Below, piece after piece: positions 1 to 10,291 of a stretch of DNA of 63,632 bases (the first letter of the stretch is position 1; each line of letters starts with the position of its first letter). A model generated the notes under the pieces. The model did not search any database. It was not told the DNA's origin and saw only the letters and a program-made list of their open reading frames with translations. The DNA comes from Candidatus Omnitrophota bacterium (GTDB lineage: Bacteria; Omnitrophota; Gorgyraeia; Gygaellales; Profunditerraquicolaceae): the NCBI GenBank assembly GCA_011620275.1, contig WOZK01000019.1, forward strand, positions 1-63,632. The letters are read 5' to 3'. The translations under genes and the position numbers were made by a program.

Positions 1-50
1 CGCAAAAGTTACGTTAATGACGATTTTAAAAATAATCGGGAAGAAAAATA

Positions 51-79
51 TTTTCGAACAAAGTACTGTATGATATAAT
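51..79 (+). promoter_or_regulatory. candidate sigma70-type promoter (extended -10) ahead of the first island gene
   Basis: TGaTATAAT at 71-79 (TATAAT 74-79); weak -35-like ttttcg 51-56 at 17-nt spacing; AT-rich leader; GGAG 7 nt before ATG 159. Confidence 0.3.
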
Positions 80-158
80 ACTGCCGGAGCGCGAGAGGCC
101 GGATTCTTTTTAATCAAATGATATCTCAGACGGCGGCCCCAAAAAAACGGAGTTTGTA

Positions 159-1422
159 ATGAAGTTTTCCGTGCCGACTAACTGGCAGACGGATCTACTG
201 GATACGATAGATACTTCGTCGGTAGCCGAAGTTTACGGCAAAATGGAACCCGATTGCCTGGGCGGCGCACATGCTTACTGCCTGCTTCCTTCAGCCGGCA
301 GGAAAGCGCTTTGCCGCGAGGTCGGGCGCGCTCATTCTCTGGGATTGGCTTTTAATTATCTTTTGAACCCGGTTTGCACAGGCAATATGGAATGGACGAG
401 GAGGGGGCAGGCGAGGATACGCCGTCTTCTTGACGTTATTTCTATCACAGGGGTGGATGGGGTGACCGTTTCCAACACCCTATCTGCTGGCTCTGGTGAA
501 GAAATCATTCCCTCATTTCAAGATCTCGGTTTCGGTGGGTGCCGCAGTGGATACACCGGCGCGCGCCGCTTACTGGGAAGATATGGGGGCCGAACAGATT
601 ACCTTCTCCTGCGCGGATGTCAACCGTGATTTTCGCCTGCTGGGCGCTATACGCAGGCGCGTACACTGCCGTCTGCAATTGATAGCCAACCTGCCGTGTC
701 TGCCCAATTGTCATCTTCAACGGTATCACGGGAATATCTCCAGCCACGCCTCGCGCAGGCGCGAAACAGGAAGTTTCCATGTCGATTATTGTTCTCTTCT
801 TTGCAGGTTCATGCGTTTGTCTGAGCCGGAAAGGATGTTATCGGCGGTATGGATCCGTCCCGAGGATGTGCGTTTCTACGAAGAAGCCGGCGTTGACCGC
901 ATAAAGCTTGTGGACAGGGGAATGAAGACCGCGGAGTTGGCGCGCATCGTTTCGGCTTATACAGCCGGCAGGTACGAGGGGAATCTCCTGGATCTCTTTC
1001 CTTTTAACACGGATAAATACGTGGTTAATTCCGGCCCGCAGATTTTAAAGAAGTTTTTTTATTTCTTCCGGCCTTTTCAATACGACATTCTGCGCCTGGC
1101 TGCTCTCGGTCGCGTGCTTTCTGCCGGAGGGATATATTTGGATAACCGTAAACTGGACGGCTTTCTGGGATTTTTTCGTCAGGGAAAGTGCCGCGGATAT
1201 GATTGTTCCTCCTGCGGTTACTGCCGCGACGCGGCTTCCAAAGCTTTGACCGTCTCTGCCGGCATCAAAGAGGCCGCGCTCGGGACTTATCGCAGGGCTC
1301 TCGACGATCTCGCCGGAGGAGGTATTTTTTTATCAAGGATAAAAGCCGGAGCGGAAGAAAACAAACACGGTGTGCTTGTCCGTGAAACAACCGAGGGCAT
1401 TTCTTCAAATCCGGCTTTCTAA
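159..1422 (+). pseudogene. U32-family (peptidase U32 / UbiU-UbiV-like) paralog with broken reading frame
   Basis: ORF 159-629 (MKFSVPTNWQ...GVTVS) and ORF 496-1422 (PYLLALVKKSFPHFKIS..VNRDF..CLPNC..DYCSLLC..CRGYDCSSCGYC) together align end to end with intact paralogs at 6601, 7785 and 17463. The frame switches inside aacaccc at 474-480, and the out-of-frame tail is junk-like. Confidence 0.6.
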
Positions 1423-1435
1423 ATTCCGCCTCAGA

Positions 1436-1444
1436 TGCTATAAT
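1436..1444 (+). promoter_or_regulatory. candidate extended -10 element in the 419-nt spacer
   Basis: TGcTATAAT (TATAAT 1439-1444) just after stop 1422; -35 region poor (tttcta 1416-1421). Confidence 0.25.
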
Positions 1445-1841
1445 CATAAAATCTGCGGAGGTCATGCGGTATGTCCCCGCGCCGGTGTTGTCCTGGACCG
1501 ATCACTCGATACGGCAATAAAAAACCGCGGTTTGCCCGAAAGGCGTACCAGGGAATATATTTCTTCCCGCTTAAAAGCGCGAATGGAATTTTTCTATCCG
1601 CGGGGAGATGAACTCTGCGCCTGGAGTTTATACATGCGCGGATAGGGTTTGGCCGCTCCTTTCGAAAATCCTGGAATGATAGCAGTATTCCGCTTCGGCA
1701 AATAGCGGACGCTTGACTTAAGCAATTAGACAGGTTCACTACCAAGGCTTGTCAAAGAATCAGCCGCGGAGTTTCATTTGTAAATCCCGGTTTTTACGAA
1801 TTGAAACGAATGCCGGGCATAAAAAAAGGGGGCAATCGTTT

Positions 1842-3419
1842 ATGTCTAATTCCACGGATATCAGAAAAATCCTGCTGGTGCGGCCTCCTCGTTATTTATG
1901 GCCGTTTATAAACGAATCGGATAATTTTCTTCTGCCGCTAGGACTCCCCTGTATAGCCGCCTCGGTGCGCAGGGCCTTTCCGGAGATAACAGTCAAGATA
2001 ATAGACTGTCCTCCCTTAAAGATCGGCTGGAAGAGCCTGCGAGAGATAATCGAGTTCGAAAGACCGGATATTATAGGGGCAGGGGAGGAGGCCCTTTATC
2101 ACCATGAGGCAGTCCGTCTTTTTTCTCTCGCCAAGGATATAGATCCGTGCATAGTTACCGTGGCCGGCGGGCATTTCTTTTCCTGGATGTATGAGCACAG
2201 CCTTAAGTCGTTCCCGCTGGATTTTATTGTGCGTTTCGAAGGGGAAGAGACGATCGTGGAGCTTATAGCCGCCCTGCGCAGAGGGGCGGATATTTCCGGG
2301 GTTAAAGGGATCGCCTACCTCAAGAACGGCAGGGCCGTGCGCACGGCCCTGCGCGAGATGGTTTCCGACTTGGACAGCCTGCCGCTGCCGGCTTATGACC
2401 TTATGCCGATGGGCAAATATTCCCGTTTCGGTTATATCTGGCCGCAAAGCGCCACATTGGAGCATTCCCGTGGCTGCGTGGACCGCTGCAATTTTTGTTC
2501 ATTATGGACGTTCTGGGGCACGCAGAAACGCAGCGAGATCGAGAAGGGCGAGCTTGAAGTTTCTCCGCGTTACCGGACCAAAAGCGTTCAGCGCGCGCTG
2601 GCGGAGGTGGATATCATCTATAAAGAATACGGACGGCGTTATATTATTTGGGCCGACCCTACCTTCAACGTTCAGCCCGAGTGGACAAACGAGTTTTGCG
2701 AAGGCCTTTTGAAGAGAAATTATAAAGATCTTTACTGGTGGGCTTTTATCCGAGCCGATTTCACTTTACGCGACGAGAAACTCGGCATACTTGAAAAAAT
2801 GGTCAGGGCCGGAATGGTGCATCCGCTGATCGGGGTGGAGCGGTGCTGTTCTGAAGATCTGCGCCTCCTTAAGAAAACCGCCTATACTCGTGATATGATC
2901 AAGGAGGTTTTTGCGATATTCAAGAACAAATACCCGCACGTTTTTCGTCAGGGGACGTTTGTTACCTGTTTGCCGTTCGACACCAGGAAGTCCATGCTTG
3001 ATCTCGTTAAATACGCGGTGGAGATAGATATAGATTATCCCGCTTTCCATCCGGTAGCCCCGGTGCCCGGCACGTTCCTTTACCAGGAGGTTAAAGCGCA
3101 GGGCCGTCTCCTGGAAACCGATTTCAGCAAATACGACTGGGCAACCCCATTGATGTCTTCCGAGACCGGATTGTCCAGGGCGGAGCTTTCAGCCTTGAAT
3201 ATGGAATTGAACAAGCGTTATGTGCTTTACAGGCCGCACTGGTTGATACGCGGGCTTTTCTCACCGCATAAACATAAGAGGGGTCTTTACCGCTGGTTTC
3301 TAAAGAATACCCTGAAGATGCTTTTTTTGTCTCTTTGGGATGCCCTGCGCGGGAAAAAAAGTGTTGAAGGGTTGACCGGTTTTATGCGCTTAAGGCGCCC
3401 CGGATGGTATGAAAGCTGA
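1842..3419 (+). CDS. B12-binding domain radical SAM protein (class B rSAM)
   Basis: N-terminal Rossmann-like segment ILLVRPP..LPLGLPCIAASV, EGEETIVELI, LDSLPLPAYDL, rSAM motif CVDRCNFC. ATG 1842 follows AAGGGGG; the ORF-track TTG start at 1749 is less likely. Confidence 0.9.
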   Translation: MSNSTDIRKILLVRPPRYLWPFINESDNFLLPLGLPCIAASVRRAFPEITVKIIDCPPLKIGWKSLREIIEFERPDIIGAGEEALYHHEAVRLFSLAKDIDPCIVTVAGGHFFSWMYEHSLKSFPLDFIVRFEGEETIVELIAALRRGADISGVKGIAYLKNGRAVRTALREMVSDLDSLPLPAYDLMPMGKYSRFGYIWPQSATLEHSRGCVDRCNFCSLWTFWGTQKRSEIEKGELEVSPRYRTKSVQRALAEVDIIYKEYGRRYIIWADPTFNVQPEWTNEFCEGLLKRNYKDLYWWAFIRADFTLRDEKLGILEKMVRAGMVHPLIGVERCCSEDLRLLKKTAYTRDMIKEVFAIFKNKYPHVFRQGTFVTCLPFDTRKSMLDLVKYAVEIDIDYPAFHPVAPVPGTFLYQEVKAQGRLLETDFSKYDWATPLMSSETGLSRAELSALNMELNKRYVLYRPHWLIRGLFSPHKHKRGLYRWFLKNTLKMLFLSLWDALRGKKSVEGLTGFMRLRRPGWYES

Positions 3420-3465
3420 GGTTTTTTGATTCTTTCAAACCGCTGCGGTCCGGACAGGATATTGT

Positions 3466-5118
3466 ATGAAAGATAGACAATGTTGCACCCGGGGGCTTAT
3501 GAAAAAACGTATCGGGATATCGCTTCTGGTTATAGCACTCTTGACAGGAGCCGCTGTTCGCCTTAACGGATTGGCGGAGAGAGCATTGTGGTTTGACGAG
3601 GCTCTTGTGGTTTTGGAGGCCGGCAAACCGCTGTCCAAAGTGCTCGGTCAACGCGCGGAGGGAATCCACCCGCCCCTTTTTCGCTTTATGGCGCACTGGT
3701 TGATGAAGGGGGCCTCCGGTGTGCTGGTGAAAGATTCCACATCTTGTCTTTCCGAGGAGAAAGGCGCCCCTGCGTTAATGGCGACCGACCTGCGCGAAAG
3801 CCCGCGCGAGATCGTTCTGCGCCTGCTTTCGGTGTCCTTCAGTCTCATTTCCATTCTTTTGTTTTTTTTGCTCGGCAAGGCGCTTTTTGGCGCCGGTACG
3901 GCCGCGCTGGCGGCGGGAATAATGAGCGTTTCCGCTTTTCAGGTTTATTACGCGCAGGAAATAAAGATCTATGCCTTGCTGCAATTTTTAAGTCTGTTAT
4001 CCTGTTTATTTTTCATAAAAGCTCTGAAGAGCGATAAGAGATTATACTGGGGAGGATACGCGTTAATCAGCGCCCTGGCGCTTTACACGCATTATTTCGC
4101 CGCGATGCTGCTGGCCGCGCAGGCGGTTTTTGTTCCGGTCTATTTATTGCGCCGCGGCGCCCAACGGAAGCTGAAATATTGGGCCGGTTCTTTATTTCTG
4201 GCGTTTTTATTTTTCTTACCATGGAGCATTAACGCCTTGAAACACCTCCGCCGGGTGAACGACAATTTTTGGTTGCCGTCTTTCACCATTGCGGACTTCA
4301 TCGGGGTTTTTAGGAATTTCTTTTTCGGTTATCATACGGGTTTTTCGTGGTTTTTCACCGGATGGGTTGTTGTCTCGGCCGTTTCACTGTTTGGAGCTGT
4401 GTCTATATTCAGGGAGGCTCTCGAGGGTCGGAAGGAGAATCTCTGGGATCCCGGGGATTCCGCCTTTTTCATATTTTCCTTTCTGCTGGTCCCGCCAGCG
4501 GCCGCGGTGGTTCTTTCCTTTGTCTTTCGCCCTGTATTCTTCGACCGGCCGTTCATTTTTCTCTCCGGCCCTTGTTATCTGCTCTTTGCCGCCGGGTTGT
4601 GCGGGATCTGGAGCAGGCGGCGGGCCGCGGCAGTATGTCTGGCGGCTCTATTCCTGCTGGTCTCTCTATTCTCCCTGCGCAGCTATTACCGCAATGAATA
4701 TTTCGAACCCTCTGCCGGAGTAGTGATGCGGAAACCTCTGCGGGAGGTCGGCGGATACATAACGCGCAATTACCATGCCGGGGACATGGTGGTATTGTCT
4801 CATCATAGCATCTTATATCCGCTCGTCTGTTATTTGCCGCAGGGGATTCGCGCCAGAATGTTCTTGCTGGATTTACCTATACAAAGCAAGTATGACCGGA
4901 GCACTCTCTTCGGCATGCTGAGGACCGCCGGGGTCAAGACTCTCCATTGGCGCGATCTGCCGGCCGGGAGCGGGGTTTGGCTGATATGCAGCGGCTGGAA
5001 CAGGGAGATAATCCGGCCTCCGGCCGAGATGGAGGAGTTTCTTTCTCGCCATAGGCTCGTAAAGGAAAACCGCGCGTTCGAAGGAGTAGAGATTTATTAT
5101 TACGAGCTGCGGAGATGA
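3466..5118 (+). CDS. GT-C fold membrane glycosyltransferase, GT39/GT83 (PMT_2 / ArnT-like)
   Basis: Multi-pass hydrophobic N-terminal two thirds, first-loop LWFDEA motif, IHPPLF..LLGKALFGAGTAALAAG region typical of ArnT/PMT_2, soluble C-terminal domain; alternative start ATG 3499. Confidence 0.8.
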   Translation: MKDRQCCTRGLMKKRIGISLLVIALLTGAAVRLNGLAERALWFDEALVVLEAGKPLSKVLGQRAEGIHPPLFRFMAHWLMKGASGVLVKDSTSCLSEEKGAPALMATDLRESPREIVLRLLSVSFSLISILLFFLLGKALFGAGTAALAAGIMSVSAFQVYYAQEIKIYALLQFLSLLSCLFFIKALKSDKRLYWGGYALISALALYTHYFAAMLLAAQAVFVPVYLLRRGAQRKLKYWAGSLFLAFLFFLPWSINALKHLRRVNDNFWLPSFTIADFIGVFRNFFFGYHTGFSWFFTGWVVVSAVSLFGAVSIFREALEGRKENLWDPGDSAFFIFSFLLVPPAAAVVLSFVFRPVFFDRPFIFLSGPCYLLFAAGLCGIWSRRRAAAVCLAALFLLVSLFSLRSYYRNEYFEPSAGVVMRKPLREVGGYITRNYHAGDMVVLSHHSILYPLVCYLPQGIRARMFLLDLPIQSKYDRSTLFGMLRTAGVKTLHWRDLPAGSGVWLICSGWNREIIRPPAEMEEFLSRHRLVKENRAFEGVEIYYYELRR

Positions 5119-5137
5119 GACTGTACGCGAGCAAAAT

Positions 5138-6604
5138 ATGAAAGTATTGTTGATCAATCCCGATTCCAGCGTGGTATCTAAAAGCTGGGCTTATCGTAAA
5201 TTTTGCGCTCCGATAGCCCCTCTGGGGCTGGCTTATCTCTCGGCCGTGCTGGAAAAAGACGGTTTTGAGGTCGCCGTCTATGACCAGTTTGCCCTGAAAA
5301 CCGGGGATGACGCTCTTTTGCGGAAGATATCTTCATTCAGACCGGGGGTGATAGGTATTGCGGCTCTAACTACCGTTGTCCCGGACATTAAAAGGATGAT
5401 ATCCCGTATCCGCGCAGAAAACACGGACGTTACGATAATTCTGGGCCATATCCACGCCACGTGTTTTCCGGCGGACATGCTGGGAGACGGCATGGCGGAT
5501 ATCGTAGTGAGGGGAGAAGGGGAGGATACCCTGCTGGAGGTCTGCCGTAACATCCGTTCCGGCAAATCCTGGAGAGAAGCGCCGGGCATAAGCTATAGCG
5601 AAGACGGCGCGGTTGTCGAAAACCCGGACAGGCCTCTGCGCGACGACCTCGATTCCCTTCCGTTGCCGGCCTGGCATTTATTCGACGCCGACCTTTATAA
5701 GGAGGCGCCTCTGGTAGCGATCAACAGGTCCCGCGCGTTCCCGATTATCGCTTCCCGGGGATGCAAATACCGCTGTTATTATTGTTCCCAGGATAAGGTA
5801 TATCCGCGCATGCGTTTCCGTGACCTTGAGAAAGTGGCCGACGAAATGGAGTATTTTGCCGATACCTTGCGGGTCGGATATTGCGGTTTTAGCGACGCTT
5901 ATTTCCCCTGGGACGAAGATAGCGGCCTGCGTTTCTGCCGGATAATCATCGAGCGCGGTCTGCATAAAAAGGTCCGTTGGTGCACGGAGACCAGGGTGGA
6001 TAAGGTGACTCCGCGCCTGCTGCGCGCGATGAAGGAAGCCGGGGCGCATCTTATCATGTACGGGATAGAAGTGGGCAGCCGGGAGGTGCTCGAGCGGTTG
6101 AACAAGCACACCACCCTGGAACAGGCCCGGTTCGCGGTGAGGGAGACCGCGAAAGCGGGTATCTTTTCGCAGGGGTTGTTTATTCTCGGCCTGCCCGGGG
6201 AAACGCCGGCTACATGCAGGCAGACGATAGATTTCGCCAGAGAGTTGAATTGCGACATAGTAAAGTTCAATCTTGCGGTGCCTTATCCGGGGTCCCGTTT
6301 CTTCGAGGAACACGGAAAAAACCTGATAAAAGAATCTCCGGAGAAGTTCACCAGCTGGGCTGACTGGACACACCTGGGAGGGGGGCTGGTCTATGCCCCG
6401 CAAGGCATGAGCGGCGACGCCTTGCGTTATTTCCAGCGCAAGGGTATGATGGAATACTACGCCCGTCCGGGAGTCATAGTAAAAAACCTCTCCCGGGGAA
6501 CAATAACCTTGCGCAATCTTATTTTCGGCGGGGCCTGGCTGTTGTTTATTTTTCTTTTCGGCAGTCTGAAAAAGACAAAAAAACTATTTCTAAAACGATC
6601 ATGA
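5138..6604 (+). CDS. B12-binding domain radical SAM protein
   Basis: MKVLLINPD..APLGLAYLSAVLEKDGFEV, RGEGEDTLLEV, LDSLPLPAWHL, CKYRCYYC. Confidence 0.9.
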   Translation: MKVLLINPDSSVVSKSWAYRKFCAPIAPLGLAYLSAVLEKDGFEVAVYDQFALKTGDDALLRKISSFRPGVIGIAALTTVVPDIKRMISRIRAENTDVTIILGHIHATCFPADMLGDGMADIVVRGEGEDTLLEVCRNIRSGKSWREAPGISYSEDGAVVENPDRPLRDDLDSLPLPAWHLFDADLYKEAPLVAINRSRAFPIIASRGCKYRCYYCSQDKVYPRMRFRDLEKVADEMEYFADTLRVGYCGFSDAYFPWDEDSGLRFCRIIIERGLHKKVRWCTETRVDKVTPRLLRAMKEAGAHLIMYGIEVGSREVLERLNKHTTLEQARFAVRETAKAGIFSQGLFILGLPGETPATCRQTIDFARELNCDIVKFNLAVPYPGSRFFEEHGKNLIKESPEKFTSWADWTHLGGGLVYAPQGMSGDALRYFQRKGMMEYYARPGVIVKNLSRGTITLRNLIFGGAWLLFIFLFGSLKKTKKLFLKRS

Positions 6605-7788
6605 AATTGATAGTTCCGACAAACTGGCAGGACGATATTCTGCAGGAGCTTCCTCTACGGGAGATAAGCGGGTTTTACGGCCAGCTTGACCGGGATTTTA
6701 CCGGGGGAGGCAGGCCTTCCTGCATTTTACCCCCTGTCGGCCGCGCGAAAGCCGCCGCGCATATCGCTTCGATCCGCGCCAAAGGGCTGTCTTTCAACTA
6801 TCTGCTGAATTCGGCTTGTATGGGCAACGCCGAATTGACCCCGGCGGGCAGAAAACGATTGCGCGCATTGCTTGACTGGATATGCGGTTGCGGGGCCGAC
6901 TGCGTGACCGTTTCCATACCGTACTTGCTGGAATTCATAAAGGTTAATTATCCGTGTTTGAAGATATATGCTTCCACGCAGGCGGGGATAAAAACCGGGG
7001 AAGAGGCCGTTTTCTGGGAAAAGATGGGCGCCAGCGGTTTGACTCTTTCGGCAACGGACGTCAACCGCGATTTCGAGGCTTTACGGCAGATACGTTCGGC
7101 CGTCGGCTGCGAACTGCGCCTGATAGCCAATCTGGATTGTCTCTACGGCTGTCCTTTTTTCAGGTATCATTCCGCGATCAGTTCGCATGCCTCGCAGGAG
7201 GGGCACCGGAGCGGGGGATTCGTGATAGATTATTGTTTTTTGCGTTGTTCTCTCATCAAACTCAAGTCCCCGGAGCACTTTATCCGTTCCGGGTGGATTC
7301 GTCCCGAGGACAAGGGGATTTACGCAGAGAGAGGGATAAACGCCTTGAAGCTGGTCAGCCGCACTATGCCCACGAGCAGGATAAAACGGATAGTCACGGC
7401 TTACAGTCAAGGACGTTATGACGGCAATCTGGCGGACCTTTTTTCGGAATCTTCCGATACGCTCCGCCGCGCGGCCTCTTGGTTTAGGAACCTTTTTTTC
7501 TTCTTCCGGCCCTTGAGCGTGGACCTGCGCAGGCTCTACGCTTTCCGGGACATCGTTTCGCACAGAAAGATATTCATAGACAACCGTTCGCTTGACGGAT
7601 TCCTGGATTTCTTTCTTCATTCTTCCTGCGCGCATAAAGACTGCGGCGAGTGCGGTTATTGCAAAGATGTCGCCGCACGCTCGGTGAAGATAGATCCGGA
7701 TTATCTGAAACAGGCGTCCGGACGTTTCGAAGCTTTCCTTGAAGAGATTGCCGGCGGCGCTCTCTTCCGTACGGGGGGAATAAGATGA
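6601..7788 (+). CDS. U32-family Fe-S protein (peptidase U32 / UbiU-UbiV-TrhP-like)
   Basis: MKLIVPTNWQ, FNYLLNS, KIYASTQ, VNRDF, LIANLDCLYGCPFFRYH, DYCFLRC, WIRPED; C-terminal CAHKDCGECGYC (7627-7662); ATGA overlap with upstream gene. Confidence 0.8.
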   Translation: MKLIVPTNWQDDILQELPLREISGFYGQLDRDFTGGGRPSCILPPVGRAKAAAHIASIRAKGLSFNYLLNSACMGNAELTPAGRKRLRALLDWICGCGADCVTVSIPYLLEFIKVNYPCLKIYASTQAGIKTGEEAVFWEKMGASGLTLSATDVNRDFEALRQIRSAVGCELRLIANLDCLYGCPFFRYHSAISSHASQEGHRSGGFVIDYCFLRCSLIKLKSPEHFIRSGWIRPEDKGIYAERGINALKLVSRTMPTSRIKRIVTAYSQGRYDGNLADLFSESSDTLRRAASWFRNLFFFFRPLSVDLRRLYAFRDIVSHRKIFIDNRSLDGFLDFFLHSSCAHKDCGECGYCKDVAARSVKIDPDYLKQASGRFEAFLEEIAGGALFRTGGIR

Positions 7789-8822
7789 GGTTGTCCGTGC
7801 CCGCGAACTGGGACGATACTTTTATAGAGAGCCTTTCTCACCGGAAGGTCGAAGAAGTGCGCGGGAAAGCGGAGGCGGGATTGAAGGCCCGGCACGCCGG
7901 GCACATACGGGCGGCGCGCGCCAAAGGGTTCTCTTTTAATTATCTCCTGGATGAAGCGTGCCTGGATAACCGCGAATGGGGCAGGAAATGGCAGCGCGGT
8001 ATTGAAAACCTGCTGGACCGGCTTGCCGCATGCGGAGCCGACAGGCTGACCGTGAGCGTTCCGTATTTGCTGGAGCTGATAAAAAAAAGGTTCCCGCTTT
8101 TCAAAGTAAACGTCTCCGATTCCGCCCATATCGATTGCGCGGCCAGGGCCCGGGTATGGTTTGAACTCGGCGCTGACTCCCTGACCTTGTCCTCCGTCAG
8201 GGTGAACCGCGATTTCGGTCTGATAAAATCCATACGCTCCGCCGTACCTTGCGCGCTGAGACTGTCAGCCAATGCCCCCGGATTATTGAACTGTCCGTTC
8301 TCTTTTCACCGCCCGTTCTTCGGCGCGCACCGCAGCAAAGCAAAAACCGCTCTTTTTGATTATGACCTGGCCGGGTGCCGGCGGATATTTCTCTCCGACC
8401 CTGCAATGCTGCTGAAGGCCTCCTGGATCAGGCCGGAAGACGCCGGTTTTTACAACCGTCTCGGTGTGGATATTCTGGAGCTTTCCGGTTCTTCGCTGCC
8501 GGAGGAAAGACTAAGGATTTTGATAAGCGCTTATTCTCAAGGGGCTTACCGGGGCAATCTGCTTGACCTGCTTTTGTGGGAGAACAGGACGGAGGCGGGA
8601 AGAGATGTTTTTAGCGTGGACAACGCCAAGCTTGACGGCTTCATCGAAAGGCTTTACGAAGCCGGCTGCAACGGCGCGGCCTGCGGCGAATGCCGGTTCT
8701 GCGCCGAAAAGGCGCGCGAGGCGGTAAAATACGAGGATAATGAGCGCCTGCGCGCGTTGAGGAGCCTTGAGCGGGTTTTGAAGAATATGACCGGCGAGGA
8801 AACTAAAAGGAGAGCGCATTGA
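7785..8822 (+). CDS. U32-family paralog, shortened and cysteine-depleted core
   Basis: MRLSVPANWDD, FNYLLDE, VNRDF, WIRPED retained. Core reads GLLNCPFSF..LAGCRRIF (two of four core Cys positions lost), and about 14 N-terminal residues are missing relative to paralogs. C-terminal CNGAACGECRFC (8667-8702) is retained. Confidence 0.75.
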   Translation: MRLSVPANWDDTFIESLSHRKVEEVRGKAEAGLKARHAGHIRAARAKGFSFNYLLDEACLDNREWGRKWQRGIENLLDRLAACGADRLTVSVPYLLELIKKRFPLFKVNVSDSAHIDCAARARVWFELGADSLTLSSVRVNRDFGLIKSIRSAVPCALRLSANAPGLLNCPFSFHRPFFGAHRSKAKTALFDYDLAGCRRIFLSDPAMLLKASWIRPEDAGFYNRLGVDILELSGSSLPEERLRILISAYSQGAYRGNLLDLLLWENRTEAGRDVFSVDNAKLDGFIERLYEAGCNGAACGECRFCAEKAREAVKYEDNERLRALRSLERVLKNMTGEETKRRAH

Positions 8823-10264
8823 GGATAGCGCTTATTTATCCGAAGATCAGGGGATACGATAGGGAATCCTTCGGCACGGACGGTTACATCAGCAATATGA
8901 GCGGTTATCCCCCTTTGAGCCTGGCCTATGCGGCTTCGATTATACGTCGGGCCGGACACGACGCGTTGATCATAGACGCCAACATAATGTCTCTTTCCGG
9001 AAAAGAGATAGTTTCGCGCTTAAAGGAGTTTTCTCCCGATTTGCTGGGTTTCACCCTCACGACCCCGACTTTTCATGGGGTGCGTGCGTGGATCAGGCGC
9101 ATACGCGTGGAGGTGAACGTTCCTGTGCTGGCAGGAGGGGCCCTTCTTGGTCTTTTTCCGCGCGAGGTGATGGGGTATCAGGAATTCGATTATGGTATCG
9201 TTGGCACGGCGCGTGATTCCTTACCGGCACTGCTGGTGGCGCTGAAAGAAGGACGCGCTCCGGCGATGATCCCCGGAGTCTGCCTGCGCGATGGAGATGA
9301 AGTGCAGGTGAATTTTTCCGTCCCAGGAGAAGAAGGGGTGGAAGATTTTTTATTTCCGGCGCGCGATCTGCTGCCGTATGAACGTTATTTCTCTCCTTTT
9401 AGCGGAGGAGGCGGCTTTACCGCCATGCTGGCTTCCTGCGGATGTCCCTTTTCTTGCTCTTACTGCTGTCTCGCGGGGAATTTGTGTTTCCGCAGATTGG
9501 AGAGTGTCACCGCGGAAATGGAAGAATGTTTCAAGCGATACAATATCAGGAACATCGATTTTTACGACTCGGTTTTTACTTACGACAAGGAGCGGGTGTT
9601 GCGTTTGTGCGGCGCGATACGCGGACTGAATCTGCCTTTCTCCTGGACCGCGAGGACGCGTCTTGACCTGGTGGACGGAGAGATACTCGGCGCGATGTCT
9701 GCGGCCGGATGCAGGATGCTGATGTATGGCATCGAGACTTTTCACGCGAGTTCCTTGCGCCGCATGAACCGCCCTGTTTTGTCCGTCGCGCAGATCCGGG
9801 AGAAGATCCGCCTCACGCGAAGGAAAGGTATCGCCGTTTTCGGATTTTTTATGCTGGGAATCCCGGGGGAGACCGAAGAAATTATGGAACGTACCATAAA
9901 TTTATCGAAGAGCATAGGGCTTGATTTCGCGCAATTCACGAAATTGACTCCTATTGGCGGGACCGCGCTCTACGATATGCAGATAAAGGCAAGCGGGGAT
10001 GATTATTGGCGGGATTATATCGGCAGGGGAAATAGGGATGATGACATATCAGCCGCAGGCTGTCTTATTCCTCAGGCTGCCCTTTTGCAAGCAGTGCACC
10101 GGGCCAATATCGGTTTTTATTTCCGTTTGACGCAGATCATGAGAATACTTTTCGAGGCGCGTTCTTTCCGCCGGCTGTTGCGCTACGCGAGATCGGCCTT
10201 GAATATGGCGTTTTCCCGTTTGAAAGCGGGGAAAAAGGCCGGGCATCCGGAGAATATGGTATAA
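8819..10264 (+). CDS. B12-binding domain radical SAM protein
   Basis: TTG start after AAGGAG (8805-8810); MRIALIYPK..PPLSLAYAASIIRRAGHD, CPFSCSYC, YGIETF. Confidence 0.88.
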   Translation: MRIALIYPKIRGYDRESFGTDGYISNMSGYPPLSLAYAASIIRRAGHDALIIDANIMSLSGKEIVSRLKEFSPDLLGFTLTTPTFHGVRAWIRRIRVEVNVPVLAGGALLGLFPREVMGYQEFDYGIVGTARDSLPALLVALKEGRAPAMIPGVCLRDGDEVQVNFSVPGEEGVEDFLFPARDLLPYERYFSPFSGGGGFTAMLASCGCPFSCSYCCLAGNLCFRRLESVTAEMEECFKRYNIRNIDFYDSVFTYDKERVLRLCGAIRGLNLPFSWTARTRLDLVDGEILGAMSAAGCRMLMYGIETFHASSLRRMNRPVLSVAQIREKIRLTRRKGIAVFGFFMLGIPGETEEIMERTINLSKSIGLDFAQFTKLTPIGGTALYDMQIKASGDDYWRDYIGRGNRDDDISAAGCLIPQAALLQAVHRANIGFYFRLTQIMRILFEARSFRRLLRYARSALNMAFSRLKAGKKAGHPENMV

Positions 10265-10291
10265 TATTGCGGTACAGGAGGTGCGGTTTAC

